From contig NC_068984.1 in NCBI RefSeq assembly GCF_001194135.2, forward strand, positions 7,152,530 to 7,184,531: a stretch of 32,002 nucleotides of DNA, in the 5' to 3' direction. The notes beneath the pieces were generated by a model. It was not told where the DNA came from, did not search any database, and worked only from the letters and a program-made list of their open reading frames with translations. Below, piece by piece: positions 31,701 to 32,002 of this stretch. The position numbers were made by a program, and so were the translations under genes. Position 1 is the stretch's first letter, and every line of letters starts with the position of its first letter. This DNA comes from Octopus bimaculoides. Taxonomy: Eukaryota.

Positions 31701-32002
31701 CTTACTCATATATATTCTGTTCACCTAACTTAGAATCGGCACTTCGGAAATACTATAGAAAGTATCTTTATAAAAGTATATACCTGAATTACCAAGACCG
31801 TATATCTTCACTTAGCTGAGTTACGTTGTCTGTAGACACGGCAGGAATATCAGTTACAAACAACCCTGCGCGGAGTCTTGATATACAATATTCAGTTAGT
31901 ATTGTTTGGGTGTACCGACCAAGCAAGGTGCCTCAAGAGAATCTTAATTTATACACACACACACACACACACACAGACACACACACACAGACACACACAC
32001 AC

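Overview
AT-rich, repeat-saturated eukaryotic scaffold DNA with 11 N-gaps, almost all flanked by microsatellites. The interspersed repeats match, from memory, the tRNA-derived SINE families of octopus (Octopus sp.). I found no recognisable host protein-coding exon, and the ORF track is essentially microsatellite or N-gap artefact. The window holds many SINE copies, decayed LINE fragments (CR1/L2-group RT, two R4/Dong-type RLE C-termini, a possible RTE), a decayed Penelope-like element (PLE) ORF start and a probable MITE. The main hidden signal is at least 11 minimal type-I hammerhead ribozyme (HHR) motifs in about six sequence variants or families. All share the PLE-type architecture (short stem I, CUGANGA-like core, stem II, GAAA, self-complementary stem III, NUH site), and several have non-canonical cores (CCGANGA, UUGAUAA, CUGYUGA). 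One family is fused to a tRNA-Ser-like pol III head and carries a PLE-style inverted duplication, which suggests a hammerhead-bearing, Penelope-mobilised SINE. All folds were read by eye and none has been tested.
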